A stretch of DNA of 64,000 nt from contig MU057632.1 in assembly GCA_013265495.1 (NCBI GenBank), positions 542,054-606,053 on the forward strand. The letters run 5' to 3'. Shown piece by piece: positions 1-11,464 of this stretch. Positions within the stretch are counted from its first letter, which is position 1, and each line of letters begins with the position of its first letter. The stretch comes from Vicugna vicugna. Taxonomy: Eukaryota. Made by a program: the position numbers and the translations under genes. The notes beneath the pieces were generated by a model. The model made no database searches. It was not told the origin of the DNA and worked only from the letters and a program-made list of their open reading frames with translations.

Positions 1-1630
1 AAAAAAACTATTTTCCATACAGGATATATTCTGTTGCCAAATTGAACACAGATCATTATTCCTACATGTTTTAGTAGATCTTAACAGGTCAAAATAATCT
101 ATCAGATTCATTAGGTTAATTATATATCAACTTAGAGGGGATGAACATGAAAAGTATCTGGAGTGTTCCTCTATGTCTATGTTCTACTGCAGGGACCGCA
201 TTTAAATCAACATGAATCTCACATACATTATACCTCTTGATGTAATAATGATGCTACACAACGTTCGCCTTGTGTACATTGTCAGATGGCAAGTTGGCTG
301 GAATATTCCACCGAATGCTGCAGGTTCACATCAATCTGGGACTGTAAAATTTTCCGAACACCAGAGGCCCACAGATTGTAGACTCCACCAATTTCCTGAC
401 CACTACGCGGTTAAATTCCAGGTTCACCTATTCATAAAACCAGCCCCTCCACTTCCATATTATTTCAAAAAAATATTTCTGGAGTTGATGCCAATCCTCC
501 GTCCCAGGTGAAAGCTGTGTTAGGATGATATGCCTCATTTCGAAAAGAAACTCAATTTGTGTGTTCAAAACCTATTTTACCAGGAAACAAGGAACCTATC
601 AGTGAATGCCTGCAACTTTCTCTACTGGTCTCCTAGGCTGACGTCTTTCGATTTCATTTTAACAACAGAAGCAAGGAAAAAAAGAACTAAAAAGAGAGGA
701 GAAAAAGAAGAGGAAGAAGGAGAAGAAAAAAAAATGAGGGCGTAACAGCATAAAAAGTACCTTAAAATATCCCCATAAACCTAACTCTAGCAGGAGGCTG
801 CATGAATGGACGTTGTGGGAAAAACAGTAGTAAACTTTCAAGCCACTGAAAGGTCTGAAATGCCTAAGGGAAAAATCAACATTTGCTTCCAATCATTTTC
901 TCATTAAGCATGCTCTGCTAGATGGTGAGGGCTTACTTAACACACCCACATACACACTTTGACTAACAGCCACAAATGCCTACTTAACCCCCTGCCTGAT
1001 CCCTGCCCCTAGCTGCTGGTCTGCGTAGCTGCCGCGGCCCCTCCGCGCGCGGGGCTCCCCACCGGCCCCTGCCACTGCGCGGGAGCATCTCCTCGCCCGC
1101 CCTGCTCGCCTCTTCTAAACCTTGGCCACCTCTGTGGCAGGAAGGACTCCAGGCACCGACAGAGTTTCCGTTAGTGGTGGCGGAGGTGGTGGCGAGGCGT
1201 GTTTCCGGGCGCACTGGAAACCGAGCTGTTCTCCCCACCAAGTAGGGGCTCCCCCAGCTCCGCTCCGGAGACTGAGCACCCAGGTCTCCCTTTCTCCTCT
1301 CCCCTCCCCACCCCTTCCCGCGTCTTCCTCGCCATCACCTCCTGACCTCTCCAACACACTCTCCCAAGCACGGGCGCGCGTCCTCCCCTGGCCTCAGCTC
1401 CCGGGCGCCCCCCTCGGTTGAAGTTGACGTCTCTCGGGACCTGATCGCTCCCAGTTATCCGCGCCGAGTACACTGTCAAGTACTGCGGCGTGCCCAGAGC
1501 GGCACGGCGGCTCACTGACTGCACTAGGGGAGAAAGGTCGCTCCGGAGAGGCAGAGAGGTGGGGTGAGGGGGGTGGTGTGGAAGACTCTAGGAGGACGAC
1601 CCTGAACACGTGCAAAGAAATAAAAGCCGC

Positions 1631-1673
1631 CACGTGCGCGCGCGCGCGAGTGTGTGTGTGTGTGAGCGCATGC
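1631..1673. repeat. Alternating purine-pyrimidine (CG)n/(TG)n tract in intron 1
   Basis: cacgtgcgcgcgcgcgcgagtgtgtgtgtgtgtgagcgcatgc. Confidence 0.9.
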
Positions 1674-1765
1674 CGGGCCCGGGCATCAGCGCCCAGCAGC
1701 CCGGGGAGGACCGGGCGGAAGGGCCCCGCCGCCGAGGTGACCGGGGCCGCGTGAGGGGCGCGGAT

Positions 1766-1771
1766 ACTCAC
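1766..1771 (-). other. KCNQ5: 5' splice donor of KCNQ5 intron 1 (intron runs off the window start)
   Basis: Minus strand reads CGCTTTCGT|GTGAGT, a consensus donor directly after HAFV; no further KCNQ exon seen in 1-1765. Confidence 0.93.
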
Positions 1772-2178
1772 ACGAAAGCGTGGTAGACGAACGCCCAGCC
1801 GCGGGGTCTCTCCAGCACGTTGTACAGGTAGTTCTGCAGCCGCCGATACTTCACGTTGCGCCGGCTGCTCTGGCCGCTGGGGTAGGAGAGCGGCTTTCCC
1901 AGCAGGCTCATCCGGGCCCCCTGCTTGCCCCGCCGGCTCTCCCGCAGGCCGCCGCCGCCGCCGCCGAGCGCGGCCGCGCGGGGGCCCAGCAGCAGCAGGC
2001 CGTCGCCCCTGGCGGCCGCCGAGGTCAGCAGCGCCCGGCCTCGGCCCGACTCCACATCCTTCATGCCGCCGCCCGGGCGCCCCCCGCCCGCCGCCGCCGC
2101 CGCCGCCGCCGCCGCGCTGCTCTTCAACCAGAGCCCGGCGGCGCCGCCCTCCTCTCCTCCCGCGTGGTGGCGGGGCAT
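1772..2178 (-). CDS. KCNQ5: KCNQ5 (Kv7.5 voltage-gated potassium channel) coding exon 1, cytoplasmic N-terminus up to the start of S1
   Basis: Translates to [48 protein letters not shown]...[11 protein letters not shown]...[31 protein letters not shown], which matches the KCNQ5 N-terminus and the KCNQ-family [13 protein letters not shown] motif. ATG at 2178-2176; 407 nt ending in phase 2 inside a Val codon, followed by a canonical donor. The ORF track's stop at 1768 lies in the intron. Confidence 0.97.
2089..2115 (-). repeat. Pure (GCG)9 coding trinucleotide repeat (poly-Ala)
   Basis: Nine uninterrupted GCG codons, counted directly. Confidence 0.95.
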
Positions 2179-2183
2179 GGCAT
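2124..2183 (-). other. uORF2, overlapping the KCNQ5 CDS out of frame (19 aa, [19 protein letters not shown])
   Basis: ATG 2183-2181 (gtgATGc), 5 nt upstream of the main ATG; TGA 2126-2124. Confidence 0.7.
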
Positions 2184-2239
2184 CACCACGGGCACAGCGA
2201 GGGGGGCGCCTGGGCCCGCGGCGGGGGCAGCGGCCTCAT
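2183..2239 (-). other. uORF1 in the presumed KCNQ5 5'UTR (18 aa, [18 protein letters not shown])
   Basis: ATG 2239-2237 (weak context gcgcATGa) to TGA 2185-2183. Only relevant if the TSS lies upstream of 2239. Confidence 0.6.
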
Positions 2240-5200
2240 GCGCGCTGGCCGGCGGGTTTCGGGGAGGAAGCCGCGGCCGGCCGGGCGCCCGCCGGCCCGC
2301 CGGCCCGCCACCGCTGAGGGGGCGGGGACGCGAGCCTCCGGGGCTGCGCGCGGGGGCGGAGGGGGCGCGCGGAGGAGGCCGCGGAGTCCCGTGTTCTAGC
2401 AGCTTTTGGCTTCGAAGGCGGAACCAGGGACCTGTTGGGGGCGTCCCTCGGGGAGAGGGTTTCTCCGCTTCCTCCGTTCCCGCGGTTGACACTCCCTCCT
2501 TCCAAAGTGGGCCCCCGGGAGGGCGCAGGGCCGCTGGGGCGCTCGCGTTGCGCTCCTAAGCGCGCACGCCCAGCCGGGCTCCCTTTTTCTGCTCTCTCTC
2601 CCGCTCCCCACGCCCGGACCACGTCCGCCTCCTCTCCAGGAGAGGACCGGGCTCCCAAGCCCCTCTCCGAGGCGCGACTTTGGTTTGTTGCCCTGGGGAC
2701 TTCGGAACTGTCCAGAAGGGAAAGCGGGTATCGCGCGCAGACGACAAACTGGAGAAGCGGGTCGCTGGTCCTTCCGCCGCTACGTTGCCGCGCTCGCAGG
2801 TCCCGCCATCCTTCCGCCGGGGGTGTGAGCGGGAACTGCCCCGCCCCTCCCTGCCCCACCTGAGCGCGCGGGCCGAGACTCCGGGCGGTGGCCCTCCGGT
2901 CCCCGCGCAGCTGGCGAGTCTTGGTAGCTCAGCGTGCAGACCTGCGGGACAGGACTGCCGAGCCGGCGAGGTGGGAATCGGGCATCTCCCCACAGCTCAC
3001 TCCGGCTGGCTGGCTGTGCCTTTCCATCCCCGCATCAGACCGCCAGCCCGCGAGTAGCTGCACATCCTTCTCCCGGGGTCGGGGGAGAGGGGGTAGGGTG
3101 GTGGAGAGGGGGGAGGGCGGAAAAACTATTAAGTGGCTCCTCCGCGATTAACGAGTGCTCGGGGACTCTGCCTGACAGCCTCGCGGAGCTCGGAAGAAGA
3201 AACCGGGTTCTCTCCATCAAGAAATTTTTGTGGAAGTTCGAGAAAGTCATAAAACGGCCAAGTCTCGGCAGCAGCGGTGGCTCTGGGTGTGTGACAGAAA
3301 AATCCGTGGGGATGGAGCGCCCTGGACACCGGCTCAGCGACGTCCTCACCACACCCCTGTTTGCTGTAACTTACGCGGGGAGAGACGTGTCTCGAGTGAC
3401 GACCGGCTGGGTCTCCCAGTGCCTCGGACACTAGAGCGATCCAAAGCCCCAAGCCTTTGGGAGGGAGGAAGGCCACGGTGCCACTGGCTGCGGCCTCTGG
3501 CCGTCAGCAGGGCTGTACCATAAAGCGTAAACAGTTAACATCACAGTCAGCGCGGGGAAACAGAAAGAAAGCCAGTCTTGAGAACTTCTTCCAGCAGAGT
3601 GGACCCCCCTCTCCCCATGTGAAGGAAACGATCATGAAGTTAAACTGCAGGGAAAACTTAAGATTCCACCACAAAGCCGGAGCAGCTGGTTCCAAGGTAG
3701 TGATTCCACGCGCCCTTGCCTTCCAGAAGCCTAAAACCGGAACAAGTTTCCTTTCCCCTGTCTCGCCCCTCGGAGATAGATGTCTCCCAACTCCTTTCTG
3801 TGTGCAATCCGGCAGCTCCTTCCTGTCCCCGGCAGGAGTGTCGCTGAAATGCTTTACTTTTAACTGTTGATTGTTATCGCTCTGATTTCCGCGCAGCCCT
3901 CTCGCCAGCTCCAGGACCCCAGCGGGACCCTGCTCCCCTCCCCTCCATCCTTTCCCCGAGCCTGAGCCTCTGGGCAGTGGGCACTAGCTGCACATGACCG
4001 CCAGCACCGAGCACCAGCACCGCGGTCCCCTCGTGCACTTCCCACACACGCGCTGTGGGGGTGCGACAGGGATTGCCCCGCGCCCTGCTCTTCAAGGTCA
4101 GTTCTTCAGCCCCAGAGCCACGCGAGGACCCCGGCTGGGGCGGGGGGGAGTTTGCTCTTGCTATATTTAGACTCCCCGCGGAGTTTCTGCGCAGGGACTT
4201 TCAGGTTGAAAGAGCTAGATTTAAAATGACACCTGTGCATGATTTCAACGTGAACATCTTGGCTTTGGGGCAGGCCGGGAAATGAAAACCATTTCCTCTG
4301 AACCGAGTGGTTTGCCTTCTTGCAAACTCTGACCAGCACCACCACGTGGGTCGGGTCGCTTCCATCTCCTGGGTGCAGGCAGGAAGCTTCGGGAAGGCCT
4401 GACAGGGTCACGCTTCTTATATTAAAAAAACGCAAAGCAGAACAAAAACAAGAGAACAGTCGCTAAATTTCCCAGTGATGCTTTCCTCTGGGGGGCAGGA
4501 GCATGGCAACAATGATTTCAGTGAAACCGTGATGTAATTAAGAAAATGCCATGAAACTTAAAAAAAAAGTGGTCAGTAGTGATTTAGAACTGAGAAGGAT
4601 CTGGGGCATCCCGTCTTCTAGAATAACCTTCAGTTAGAGACAGAACCCGGAGGAGCCCCGCCCAAGCGTCCACAGGTGGTTAGCATGAGGGTTACTAGGA
4701 ACCCAGCAGTCTCGCCCCCTGGTTCAGTATCCCTTCCACAGAGCGGTGGTTTGCCTCTTTAGCATAGTACTTATAAAAGAGCACATGGTTTTATTTCAGG
4801 GCCTCTTCCAACCAGGCTCCTAAAAGTGGGTTTAGCTGCAAGCCCTGGCTACCCGACCTTTGCATGCTTGGGAAGGTAAGGACAGGTGAGGCCACATGGC
4901 CTCTCCTTCCAGATCTTCTGTGTGTACCTCGCTTCCTCTACTACCAGCTAACTTGCCTCAAAAGACAGGAATTCACTGTGGGGAAAACACTGCGCTTTCT
5001 GTTTGTGCCTTTGCTGTTGCTAGGAAACCACCTTTCATTTTTTTTCCTGAAATATTAAAACCTAAATATCAAAAGAGAAGGTGGGCATATAGCACAGAGT
5101 AAAACGATATAGTAGTGCATATTCTTGGCATAATCATCACATTAGAGCACTCCAGAGAGGCATAAAAGGTGAAATACAGCTGCCTTTTTCAAAGGCAAGT

Positions 5201-6464
5201 GTTTATTTCTAACGTAGAGCACCGACCGGAGTTGATGGGGCCTCCCCATCCTTTGGAAGTGGTTGGTTCAGCTTTTTACAACGCTCTGTAAGATGCCTGC
5301 CTGAAATTTATGACCTTGAAAACTTATCCTCTGAAGTCTACCTGGAGATGGCTTCCATTGAAAATGGTGACTGGACATAGTTTATTTCAGTGTGCCTTCT
5401 ATCCCTTTATATTTTTCTTCTGAAAGCTACTCTAAAATAGTAATATTGAAAATTCTATCGAAGAGCTAGAGACATCCAGGAAAGATTTTTAAGGCAGAAA
5501 TAACTCAATGTGAGTTGGTTTCACAAAATGTAGGTAACCCCATGACTCTCCCCATTTCCTTCTTCTCCGTGAACTCCCCCCACACCTTCCCATCTGTCTC
5601 CCCTCCCACCATAACCTACCCTCCCATCAAGTCATGGTCATGGTTCTGATCTACTAGTGGGTAATTTAAATGCTACTTTTTTGTGATGTGGGTGCATCTT
5701 GATTTGCTGTGAAATTCCAGGTCAAACAGTGGTGATGATAAAATCCTCAACCCTTAGAGCAGAAAGGGAATTTGCTGGTGAAGAAATAGGAACCCGGTGT
5801 TTGCTGTTCAGTGACTTGTCTTAGAAGTGGAAGCCAAGTCTCCCAACTCCTGAGCAGTGTACCCTAGAAACTGCACCGCCTTTCCCTCAGCTTTTATTTC
5901 CCTCCCGTGACATCATACCCAAGCCCACAAGCACAGGACTATAAGTGTGTTTCTCAGGTGTCTTATTATAACCATGGATTCAAGACATATATTTACTCCC
6001 TCTTATTATTTTTGTGTATCGCAGCATCATTTTTAGTCGATTAAGGATTCTTATCTAAGAGATAGGATGCTAAGCTTCTCAATCTGTCTCCCCCACAAGC
6101 AGACATTAATCAGAGCACCACTCAGGGCAACATCAGAGATCACAGGAGCCTGGCCAGACCACGTGGAGGTTCTAATACAGCAGGGGACCCAGCCCTGCCT
6201 GCAGTGGGTGAGGTGAGTCCCCTTCAGAGCAGCCTCTGCCCCAGGGATGCAGACACATAGCGGGGAAAAGGCTCAGAAAGTCTCACCATTTTCATCCCAG
6301 CAACTATCAAAATTTATATTCTTAGGAACCACTAAAATAACGTGCTGTTCACCATTGTCGGAGCAAAATAACTGCAAATATTTAGCGTGTATTTACTGTG
6401 ATTTACAAGAATCATGTCCCTTGATTCTGACAGTGGCTTCGTACATAGACACCACAGTCAGATC

Positions 6465-6560
6465 CAGTTTAGAGGGGAAGAAACTGAGGCTCCGGCAAGT
6501 TAATAATTTTTCAAGATGGATAAGTAGTTGAGTCAGGACTCAAACTTACAGGTATTGAAT
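6465..6560 (-). mobile_element. MIR SINE fragment
   Basis: gaagaaactgaggctc...aagttaataattt...agtcaggactcaaac resembles the reverse complement of the MIR core. Confidence 0.65.
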
Positions 6561-7579
6561 GCAAAAACAAAAGCCACACAAAAGCCACACCAACAAAAAC
6601 CAAAGCCAGATTTTTAACTACTAAACTCTATTAACTTTTGAAAGAAAATAAGTTTAGCCTATTATTGTGTGTTAGTAATTTTGACAGTTTTTCCTTCCAA
6701 AATAAAAGTATTGGAAAGTGACCAGTAGTTGTTGTAAAGCAAGATTTGGGGTTTTGTTTCAAACACAGAAACACCCTCAATATTCTCTTCCCTTTGCCTG
6801 CAGAAATAAAGGCTTCCCTGCATAGATACTCTTTTATTTTATTTTATTTTGTATTGAAAATTTTGAAACAGCCCCAAATCTCATAGTATCAATTTCCTGA
6901 AATTGTATTTACATTTTTACCTTTTCCCTAACACTACCTTCAGTTTTATTCATAGATGTTCATTGTATTTGACTAAAGCTGACTTCATTTTTTTCCGAGA
7001 TGTTAGCATAGCAACATCACTCTCTTTCAGTCAACTACTTGAACACTTCTTTCTGGAAGTAATTTGAATACAGTTCAAATTTGATATTTTAATTTGATTT
7101 AATTTTAATTTTATCTTTTATTTGATCTTCCTAAGATCCATGTATTTAGAAACTATGTGAAGAAGTTGCTAACAGAAGGAAAATACCTCCCTGGCTCCAG
7201 TGGATGGGAAAATTCTGTTATAATTCTGTGCCCCCTAGTGGTATTGCCATTTTACCGTAACTTTCAAAGAGGAATTAAGAAAGCCTCCCTTAGGAATCTC
7301 CCAAACCTATTCATCTCTTCCCCAAGGAAGCATTCAGGTGCTGTGCTAGTTGGAGTGGGTGCAGAGATGAAAGTACTCTTGATTTTTTCATGTTGGTGGA
7401 CTGGTGATGCAGTTGGGTAAATAGGCAAGTAATTCTGTTGCGACGATGAGTTTGCGGTGGTTTGCACAGGACAGAAACACGGAGGGTTTCCTGAAGAGTC
7501 GAATAGCTGAGCTCAGGCTTGAGGAATAGCTGGACTTTGGTGAAGTCATCAGGGCAGAGGATTCAAAGAGAAAACACGA

Positions 7580-7670
7580 GGGGAGGGTAGAGCTCAGGGG
7601 AGGGTAGTGCTTAGCATGCACGAGGTCCTGGGTTCAATCCCCAGTCCCTCCATTAAAAATAAATAAATAA
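7580..7670 (+). mobile_element. Vic-1-type tRNA-Ala-derived SINE
   Basis: GGGGAGGGTA...TGCTTAGCATGCACGAGGTCCTGGGTTCAATCCCCAG plus (AAAT)n tail; attcaaagag repeated at 7561 and 7671 (part of a TSD); head motif GGGGAGGGTAG occurs twice. Confidence 0.9.
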
Positions 7671-8109
7671 ATTCAAAGAGGAAATCACTTGAGATGGCTT
7701 GAGAGCTGATCTTTGAGATTGACTAGAGGTTGGATTCTCCTGGAGCCCAGGGTGCTTTTGAAGGTGTGGCTGTGAAGAGGAGATGGAGGAGTAAGGCAGT
7801 ATTCTGACTTGAGTAGGGAGCCACTGACGGACATAAAGCGAGAAACTCCATGTGTTCCTATTTCCACTGTCAGAACAGCACTTGACATTGGTTCAGTTTA
7901 ATGCCAAAAAAAAAAAAGAACAAGTGTGACTCGTACACCCAGGCATGGCCCAAGCCCCCCTTCCCAACTGGGGATGCAGAGATGATTATGCAGAGATTAC
8001 TGAGAGCTCCCATGCATGGACAGATGTTAAGACAAACCTCCAGTTTTCAGGCAGGAGTCTCTGGGTACATCGTGGTATGATTCACTGAACTTGAGACTAT
8101 CTGGTGCGG

Positions 8110-8640
8110 CCACCAAGGAATGCAGACAATGTTGAGTTTAACCTCATATGGAGTTTGGCGTGCCAGTTGAGACAGCCCAGTGGAAGTGTCCAACAGGATA
8201 TGTGGATCTGCATCTCCAGGGGGAGCTAAGAGTCAAAATTTGAGAATCATATTCATATACACTGGAAGTGATGGGTTGGGACCAGAGTACCGGGAAAATA
8301 GGTAGACTGGCTTGAAAAAGATGTGGCCTGAGGACCCAACCTGGGGGCACTGGAGGGCACGGTCTTTTCGGGTATGGGACAAGGAAGAAGAGAAGGAGGT
8401 GGAAATAGAAAAAGCCAAGTCAGCATCACCGCCACAGACACCGAAGAAGCTTCAACAGGGAAATGCCGGAATGAGATCAGTAGAGATGGGGATTTTGAAT
8501 TTGGCAACAGGGAGGTCGTTTGGAGAAGCCATTGTTTCTGTTTTTTATTTTCTTGCAGAATTGTCGAAATAGAATCAGGTCAGAGTGGGCAGGGACGAAG
8601 GTAAGGCACAGGTAAGGCAGTGAAGATGATGATTCTGGAG
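8110..8640 (-). mobile_element. L2 LINE fragment
   Basis: gtggaagtgtccaacagg...tggatctgcatctccagg...aaatttgagaatcat...gaggacccaacctgggggcact resembles antisense L2; highly diverged. Confidence 0.6.
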
Positions 8641-9194
8641 GGTAGCAGAGAGGTAGCAGCCAGCAGAGGATGTGAGTCTGAGGAGGGTTCCAGACGTGAC
8701 ACGTGCTAACTCACCAGAGACTTGAGCAGCCGCCACAGACACTCTCACAAGTCCCGGGGCTGAGTTTGAGCTGGAATTTGGGCCGATAATATTTCACTGT
8801 CAGCTTTGAGGCCTGAGACAACTTGGACAACATCTGTTGATTTTTACTCAATACTTTCATAGCATTTTTAATAAAAACCATCACTTATCATTTCTAACAT
8901 TTCCCAACCAGTTCAATTGAATAAATAGACATTTTTTTCATGTTTAATTTTACCTGGAAGGAAGGTGCATGTTGGACAAATGATAGATTTTTGTTTGACT
9001 TTGTTTATGAGGAGAGGCTGCAGAACTGACCGGATCACTCAGGAAAAGCTATATATACATAAATGTATATCTGACATCTGTTAAATATTCAACATAGTTT
9101 TCAAACAGTGCCACTGAGAGCAATGGGGAATGCTGGAATCTCTCAGGCTGGTCAGGGATGGGCAGGGGTGGGTGTCCAAGCTTCCAGAGTATTT

Positions 9195-9358
9195 TTAGAA
9201 TTATTTTTTAAATTAAAAAAATTAAATTCCTTTTCTTTTCTTTTCTTTCTTCTTTTTCCTTACTTTCTTTTTTTTTTTTTAATGGAGGTTCTGGGCATTG
9301 AACTCAGGACCTTATGTATGCTAAGCATGTGCTCTACCACTGAGCTACACCCTCCCCC
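9195..9358 (-). mobile_element. Vic-1-type SINE
   Basis: T-rich tail then aatggaggttctgggcattgaactcaggacc...gctaagcatgtgctctaccactgagctacaccctcccc; ccagagt on both flanks. Confidence 0.9.
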
Positions 9359-9819
9359 TTCCCAGAGTCTTAACCAAAGATTTGTTTTCTTTTTTTCATT
9401 TGAGGCTTCTGAATAAAATGACACTCCCAGAAAGGCTGCTAAAATTATTTTTTGAAACCAGTGCCTTAAAGACTAGTCCTGTTTGTTGGGCTACATAGGG
9501 TAATGCTTTCTGTCTTTTTGAGTCTTGGCTACAAAATGGGAAGATACATGGCTCACTGAGGCAAAAGAGGGGGCAGTGACAGACAGAGCGGATAGCTCAA
9601 GGTTCTGCCCATCCCAAGGTCTGCAGCATCGTGGCTGCGATGCTCTGAGTTTTGGAAAGGGTTAGGATCTAAGGGACTCTGGGCCTTGTGTACGAATCTG
9701 GAAAGTGAAAAGAGTTCATTCTTGAGAGAGGCAAGTGTCCTGAGAAACAGTCAGAGGGAAAGGAGATTGCAACTGAGTGGTTTTAGTTTTTCTTTGTTTT
9801 TTGCTACTATGGTGTAAAA

Positions 9820-9887
9820 AAATTTGTTTGAATTTTTTTATTGAAGTGTAGTTGATTTACAATGTTAGTTTGAGGTGTACAGCGAAG
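9820..9887 (-). mobile_element. Extremely 5'-truncated L1 3' tail
   Basis: ttttattgaagtgtagttgatttacaatgttagttt..ggtgtacagc flanked by the 14-bp TSD actatggtgtaaaa (9806, 9888). Confidence 0.85.
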
Positions 9888-10164
9888 ACTATGGTGTAAA
9901 ATTTTGATGAGATGCAACAGAAGGTCAAGCGCAGTTTCAAGGTTTAGGGTTTTATTTTTGCTTGTCACTTTATACATGAGACTGAGGCATATTGAGAAGA
10001 AGAGGGACAAAGTTGAAAATCATTTTCAGGAAGAAGGATTTCCTGATGTGGATGGGAAGATTAAAAATGAAGAAGAAACCGGGGGCCACAAGACCCAGTG
10101 TTGCTTGGAGGGGTGCTGAGGACCGGAAGTAGACCAAGAAGTACCAACACATCGCTTTTAAGCT

Positions 10165-10358
10165 GCTTGGGATTCGGAGTCAGAAAAAAACTTCTGCGTT
10201 GTGGGATCTGGCTGAGTTACTGAATGTCTCTGTCTTCATTTCTTTACTGTTTAAAGTGGAGATAATATCTATGTCACAGGGCTTTTGAGAGGATTCAATA
10301 ACACAGTTCCTGTAAAGATCTTAGCATCACTGTAGTAGGTAATCAGTGCTCAGTAAAG
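10165..10358 (+). mobile_element. MIR SINE
   Basis: gagttactgaatgtctctgtcttcatttc...aaagtggagataata...gagaggattcaa...gtgctcagtaaa. Confidence 0.7.
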
Positions 10359-11426
10359 ACTCACCGCCACTACTCACGTTCATGCAGTTCCAGACTTACC
10401 TCAGGTTCAGTTTGTTATTTCCCCCACAGTCTCTAAAAAGGAGTTAATTAATCTTTGGAAACATGAGCTTCTGTAATTTTTACCATTAACTGAAATTTAG
10501 CCGACATATAAAAATACTAGAAACATGAACTTGTAAAAAATATGTATGGTTTTTATGGGTTGACCTTGAATATCCTTGAAGTGAAACTATTTTTTCAGGT
10601 GAGCTGTTTGTGAAATTTAAAAGCAAATGAAAGGAATCATATCTGATAATATACAAGGCTATGCATTCATTTTTTGCGGGGGAGGGGTGGATTTTGGTTT
10701 TGTTTTATTTTTAGGGCTAGTTTACCAGTATACCATTGTTATATACCTGTATCACAATCTGTGTATAACTGGATACATTCTACTTTGCTTATTGCCACAG
10801 TACCTTTTATTTCATATTACACATGGTTAGAACCACAAAAACCCTAAATATACAAAGATCCAAATTAATTTTTTATTTAATAACACTTTATTGAAGTTTA
10901 CTAGATATAATTAAACAAGGTAAACCATAACACGTAGAGCTCTGGGAGATTACTTCTGACAGGAATATTCAAGTCGTAATGGGTGTGTGACTCTTTCTAA
11001 AATATGTGTCATATTTTAGATGTCTGGTGATAGGTGTTGAATTCATCACTCTAGAATATCTGTGAATTTATGCTTCTGAAGTTCTTCTGGATGATAGAGG
11101 TTTGAGAATTTGGCAGAAGTCCTAGAAAAAGTCTGAAAAGCATCCTTATAATTTTGCATACAAATTATAAGCTCTGCAGACACTCTGAACTAATTCACAG
11201 CACTTAGAGTTTTATGAGCCCTTAGACTGTGTTCTCAAAGGAATGGGTTTTATAAGGGCTCTCCAGAGACCATCTTCATGATGGCTTGTATTGGATATAT
11301 GAGAATGACTGGAGTAGCAGAAACTTCTTTGACCAGAATGGCCCATTCTGTCTCTCAGGCTGAAGTAAGGAATGCCTTGATGATACAGGTTTTTCAGAGT
11401 TTGAGTGTTTTAAATCTCAGGATATG

Positions 11427-11431
<5 letters not shown>

Positions 11432-11460
<29 letters not shown>
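11432..11460. repeat. (TG)n microsatellite
   Basis: About 14 uninterrupted TG units. Confidence 0.95.

Positions 11461-11464
<4 letters not shown>

Larger units (their letters stand above)
1020..3520. promoter_or_regulatory. CpG island / TATA-less promoter of KCNQ5 (weaker CpG shoulder to about 4400)
   Basis: Very high GC and CpG density around exon 1 compared with the AT-rich, CpG-poor remainder. GC box GGGGGCGGGG at 2318-2327; E-boxes CACGTG at 1607 and 1631. The TSS cannot be placed from sequence. Confidence 0.9.

Noticed and set aside
984..3476. Many long overlapping ORFs in the CpG island (e.g. 1780-2559 +, 259 aa; 2236-2859 -, 207 aa)
   Set aside because: Expected from the scarcity of stop codons in GC-rich DNA; low-complexity Ala/Gly/Pro/Arg products, many with non-ATG starts, and no recognisable domain.
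4013..4033. Partial REST/RE1-like motif (CCAGCACCGCGGTCCCC)
   Set aside because: The left half matches but the right half GGACAG is absent; too weak to call even though REST regulation of KCNQ genes has been reported.
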